A DNA stretch of 64,000 bases. It comes from Clostridiales bacterium. Lineage in GTDB: Bacteria; Bacillota; Clostridia; Peptostreptococcales; Anaerovoracaceae. The notes under the pieces are model-generated. The model did no database searches. It was not told the DNA's origin and was given only the letters and a program-made list of their open reading frames with translations. How positions within the stretch are numbered: the first letter of the stretch is position 1; each line of letters begins with the position of its first letter. The position numbers and the translations under genes are program-made. The stretch covers positions 15,281-79,280 of the forward strand of contig JAQYRL010000011.1 of NCBI GenBank assembly GCA_028725765.1, read 5' to 3'. Of this stretch, positions 61,246 through 64,000 are shown piece after piece.

Positions 61246-62983
61246 ATCCTACCCTCCATTCATTTGCAATGCTGTACATTTCCTGCAATTCCTTATATCT
61301 CGAATCTTTTGATATCAAATCCTTGTCAGTTCCCCTCTCAACAATCTTGCCTTCTTCAAGGACTAATATCTCGTCAACGTTTCTTATGCTTGACAGTCTA
61401 TGCGCTATCATTATTACGGTTTTATCCTTCATCAGGTTTTTAAATGCTTTTTGAAGTTCATATTCATTGTCTGGATCGATAGATGCCGAAGCCTCATCCA
61501 TTATAATTATATTTGAATCTTTCAAAATTGATCTCGCAATCGCAATTCTCTGTTTCTCGCCACCCGAAAGATAAACTCCTTTTGAACCTATAACAGTATT
61601 TTCAGCATCGGCAAATTTTTCTATTATAGACTCACAGCCTGCTAGTCGCATGGCCTCCATGACTTCCTCATAAGCCGCATCCTTTTTCGCTAAAGCTACA
61701 TTTTCATAAATGCTTGTTTTAAAAAGCTTAGCCTCCTGAAAGACAAAAGAAATATTTTCTATAATTGCCTCCTTAGAGTATTCACTAAGAGGAATCCCTC
61801 CAATTTTAATGTTTCCCTTGTCAACATTATAAAACCCTGAAATCAGCTTCGCGATTGTTGATTTCCCTGAGCCTGAACTGCCAACGAGCGCATAAATCTT
61901 CCCTTCATCAAGACTAAACGACAGATTTTCTATTACCATCTTGTCATTATAGCCAAAACTTACGTCATCAAATTCTATGTCAAAGTTTTTGAATGTCTCA
62001 CACTGGCCGTGATTTATTTTGTCCTTCTGCATATCATCGTACAGAGCCTCCAGCGTATCAACGGCATAATTCCCTTGGAATATATACATCCCAACCCACA
62101 TTATCCTCATGAATGAAACGAAGAGAACTCCGCTCAAAAACATTATCATCAAAAGCTCAACAAGAATGGAATTGATGTCATTAAACTTATCTAAAGCATA
62201 GACAGTTGGTGGCAACAAAATAGCTATGATGCCAAAGAACAGCAGCTGATAAATCACATACGGCCTTCTACAGCTAAGTGAGTATTCATACGCATATTTT
62301 GAATAATTTTTAATTGCACCATAAAGTGCTTTAAAGGACTCAACGCTTGCTCCGAAAACTTTAACAACCTGCATACCTCTAACATATTCAACTGTCTCCG
62401 CACTTAGATTTGCTAAAGATTCCTGGTAAATCTTCATAAATTCTTTTTCTCCCATCATTGACGAAAGAATAAATCCACCAAGGATTGTGAGAACAAGTAG
62501 TACGATTCCTACTTTGATGCTGATTATAAACCCTAGAAGTATTGCAAGTATTGGTGTTAAAAAGGCCTGCGCATTATCTGGGATCAGATGAGCCACAATT
62601 TTATGTGTTTGCGAGGCATTGTCATCAATAATTTTCCTGATTTTTCCCGAAGGATTCTGATCAAAAAATCTGAAACTTGCCTCTGATAGCCCATCTATTC
62701 CTCTCTTTCTTAAATTAGTTTCCAGCCTAAATCCAAGTATGTGAGAAAACATGCCCGAAACTAGATATATCACAGCTCCGACTGTCAGCAAAACTGCAAT
62801 TTTAAGAGCATATTCCTCAGCTGCAATATAGTTATTTTGTACTATCAGATTATATAAAAATCGATATATAAAATAATATCCCCATATCGTTAAAATAACG
62901 GATATCGAAGAAAATAGTATCGCTATGTATCCCATATAAACTTTTTCTTTTGCATACGCGAAAAGTTTTTTATAAACCTTCAT
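61229..62983 (-). CDS. ABC exporter half-transporter (fused TMD-NBD), partner of the downstream gene
   Basis: 584 aa with Walker A GSSGSGKST, signature LSGGEKQR, Walker B IIIMDE. 17-nt overlap with the second half-transporter gene. Confidence 0.9.
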   Translation of the reverse strand: MKVYKKLFAYAKEKVYMGYIAILFSSISVILTIWGYYFIYRFLYNLIVQNNYIAAEEYALKIAVLLTVGAVIYLVSGMFSHILGFRLETNLRKRGIDGLSEASFRFFDQNPSGKIRKIIDDNASQTHKIVAHLIPDNAQAFLTPILAILLGFIISIKVGIVLLVLTILGGFILSSMMGEKEFMKIYQESLANLSAETVEYVRGMQVVKVFGASVESFKALYGAIKNYSKYAYEYSLSCRRPYVIYQLLFFGIIAILLPPTVYALDKFNDINSILVELLMIMFLSGVLFVSFMRIMWVGMYIFQGNYAVDTLEALYDDMQKDKINHGQCETFKNFDIEFDDVSFGYNDKMVIENLSFSLDEGKIYALVGSSGSGKSTIAKLISGFYNVDKGNIKIGGIPLSEYSKEAIIENISFVFQEAKLFKTSIYENVALAKKDAAYEEVMEAMRLAGCESIIEKFADAENTVIGSKGVYLSGGEKQRIAIARSILKDSNIIIMDEASASIDPDNEYELQKAFKNLMKDKTVIMIAHRLSSIRNVDEILVLEEGKIVERGTDKDLISKDSRYKELQEMYSIANEWRVGYEVVL

Positions 62984-63108
62984 AAAATTTCTCCTCTGAT
63001 TTTCTTAACTAGCCTTATTTGACCGCATACATATATTTTGCACTTATTTCTGCTTGCAAATATATTATATATACTGATATAATAGGAAAATCAAGAGATT
63101 TTGTTAGA

Positions 63109-63133
63109 AATGTCTAACAGGATTAATGTCTAA
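63109..63133. repeat. 9-bp direct repeat in the ABC/AraC divergent control region
   Basis: AATGTCTAA at 63109-63117 and again at 63125-63133 (16-bp register), 46-70 nt upstream of the AraC-family ATG. Confidence 0.35.
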
Positions 63134-63178
63134 AAGGGATATTGCGTTTTAAGTGTTTTGTGATGAGGTGATTGTGAA

Positions 63179-64000
63179 ATGACATATTATGATTTTGTAA
63201 AGGATTATATGGGAGTAGAGGAAGCAGAAATTAATAATAAGTACTCCCCTGCAGGGCACCTGTTTTCGTGGGATACTGAAGACATGATAGGAGATTATTG
63301 GTTTTATCAGAGCGATGATTTCATTATTGATATTCACAACTTTCATGTTAAAAGAGAGGTGCTTCAAGACAAGGTTCACAGTATGGCAGATTATGTTTCG
63401 ATTTATACGACTTATCTGATCAGTGGTAACGGTGAGCGCTTCAATCCTTATCAGACTTTGACGCCTAATTCATTATACACTATAGATTTTGACCATTTAG
63501 ACAACAATTGCTGTTTTCTTCTTCACGAAAATTCTAACTACCTTGGAGTTGCAATAGGATTTAAGAAAGATGTTTTGAATAAATACCTTGCTTCAATCGA
63601 AATTAGTCCCGAAATCTTCTATTCCGAATTCTTCCTCAACAAGCAGTCAATTCTTACAAAGGTCTTGGAACCTATAGCTATGGATATTTTAAATTGCCGA
63701 ATGGAATCTCCCGCTGCAGAAATTTTCTTCAACGCAAAAGCAAATGAATGGATAAGTGTAATTATAGATACATTCCTTAAGAGAGAAAATATAAAGATTT
63801 CACCTGATGATAAAATGGCTCTTGAAGATGTCAGGAAATATTTAGATGATCACTACGCTATGAATGTTAATCAGAAGACTTTAGAAAAGATATCGATGAT
63901 GAGTGGCACCAAACTAAAGAAGCTCTTCAAGGATACCTATCATCAGACAATCAAAGAATATACTCGAAGAAAACGAATGAACATCGCAGAAGTGCTGATT
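63179..64000 (+). CDS. AraC/XylS-family transcriptional regulator (partial, runs off the window end)
   Basis: Open frame from ATG 63179 to the window end (274 codons, absent from the track because it has no stop). C-terminal part MNVNQKTLEKISMMSGTKLKKLFKDTYHQTIKEYTRRKRMNIAEVL is an AraC-type HTH. Confidence 0.7.
   Translation, partial: MTYYDFVKDYMGVEEAEINNKYSPAGHLFSWDTEDMIGDYWFYQSDDFIIDIHNFHVKREVLQDKVHSMADYVSIYTTYLISGNGERFNPYQTLTPNSLYTIDFDHLDNNCCFLLHENSNYLGVAIGFKKDVLNKYLASIEISPEIFYSEFFLNKQSILTKVLEPIAMDILNCRMESPAAEIFFNAKANEWISVIIDTFLKRENIKISPDDKMALEDVRKYLDDHYAMNVNQKTLEKISMMSGTKLKKLFKDTYHQTIKEYTRRKRMNIAEVLI

Overview
AT-rich, low-GC Firmicute chromosome segment, probably a Clostridia-type anaerobe. 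Support: PyrI/PyrK-type pyrimidine genes, a rubrerythrin / Fur-family / superoxide reductase cluster, and rpsD inside the alpha operon. Almost all genes are on the minus strand. In window order: an AddB-like fragment, a HAD hydrolase, tex, prfB, secA, a CNNM/CorC transporter, htrA (+), a GntR regulator, ispE, an Ig-like membrane protein, tadA and cvpA (+). Next come the pyr operon (pyrC-pyrK-pyrD-pyrF::pyrE-pyrB-pyrI), prmC, a DUF1385 gene, rho, putP (+), and pcrA-ligA plus an AIR-synthase-like gene. After that: a stand-alone cobalamin riboswitch, three small hydrophilic proteins, and the complete S10-spc-alpha ribosomal protein cluster (rpsJ to rplQ, including the short rpmJ and rpmD, which are missing from the ORF track). 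The window ends with pstSCAB-phoU-phoPR, the oxidative-stress cluster, a RelE/ParE-Phd toxin-antitoxin pair, a CoA-transferase, a heterodimeric ABC exporter and a partial AraC regulator (+). I recognised no rRNA, tRNA, CRISPR array, transposase, integrase or phage genes, and no obvious defence island. The most unusual observations are: (1) an apparently orphan B12 riboswitch with its own promoter and two tandem terminators; (2) a PstS phosphate-binding lipoprotein whose conserved motifs appear in circularly permuted order; (3) a PyrF-PyrE fusion; (4) a Rho lacking the canonical N-terminal helical domain. All calls come from reading the sequence and translations; no database search was run.
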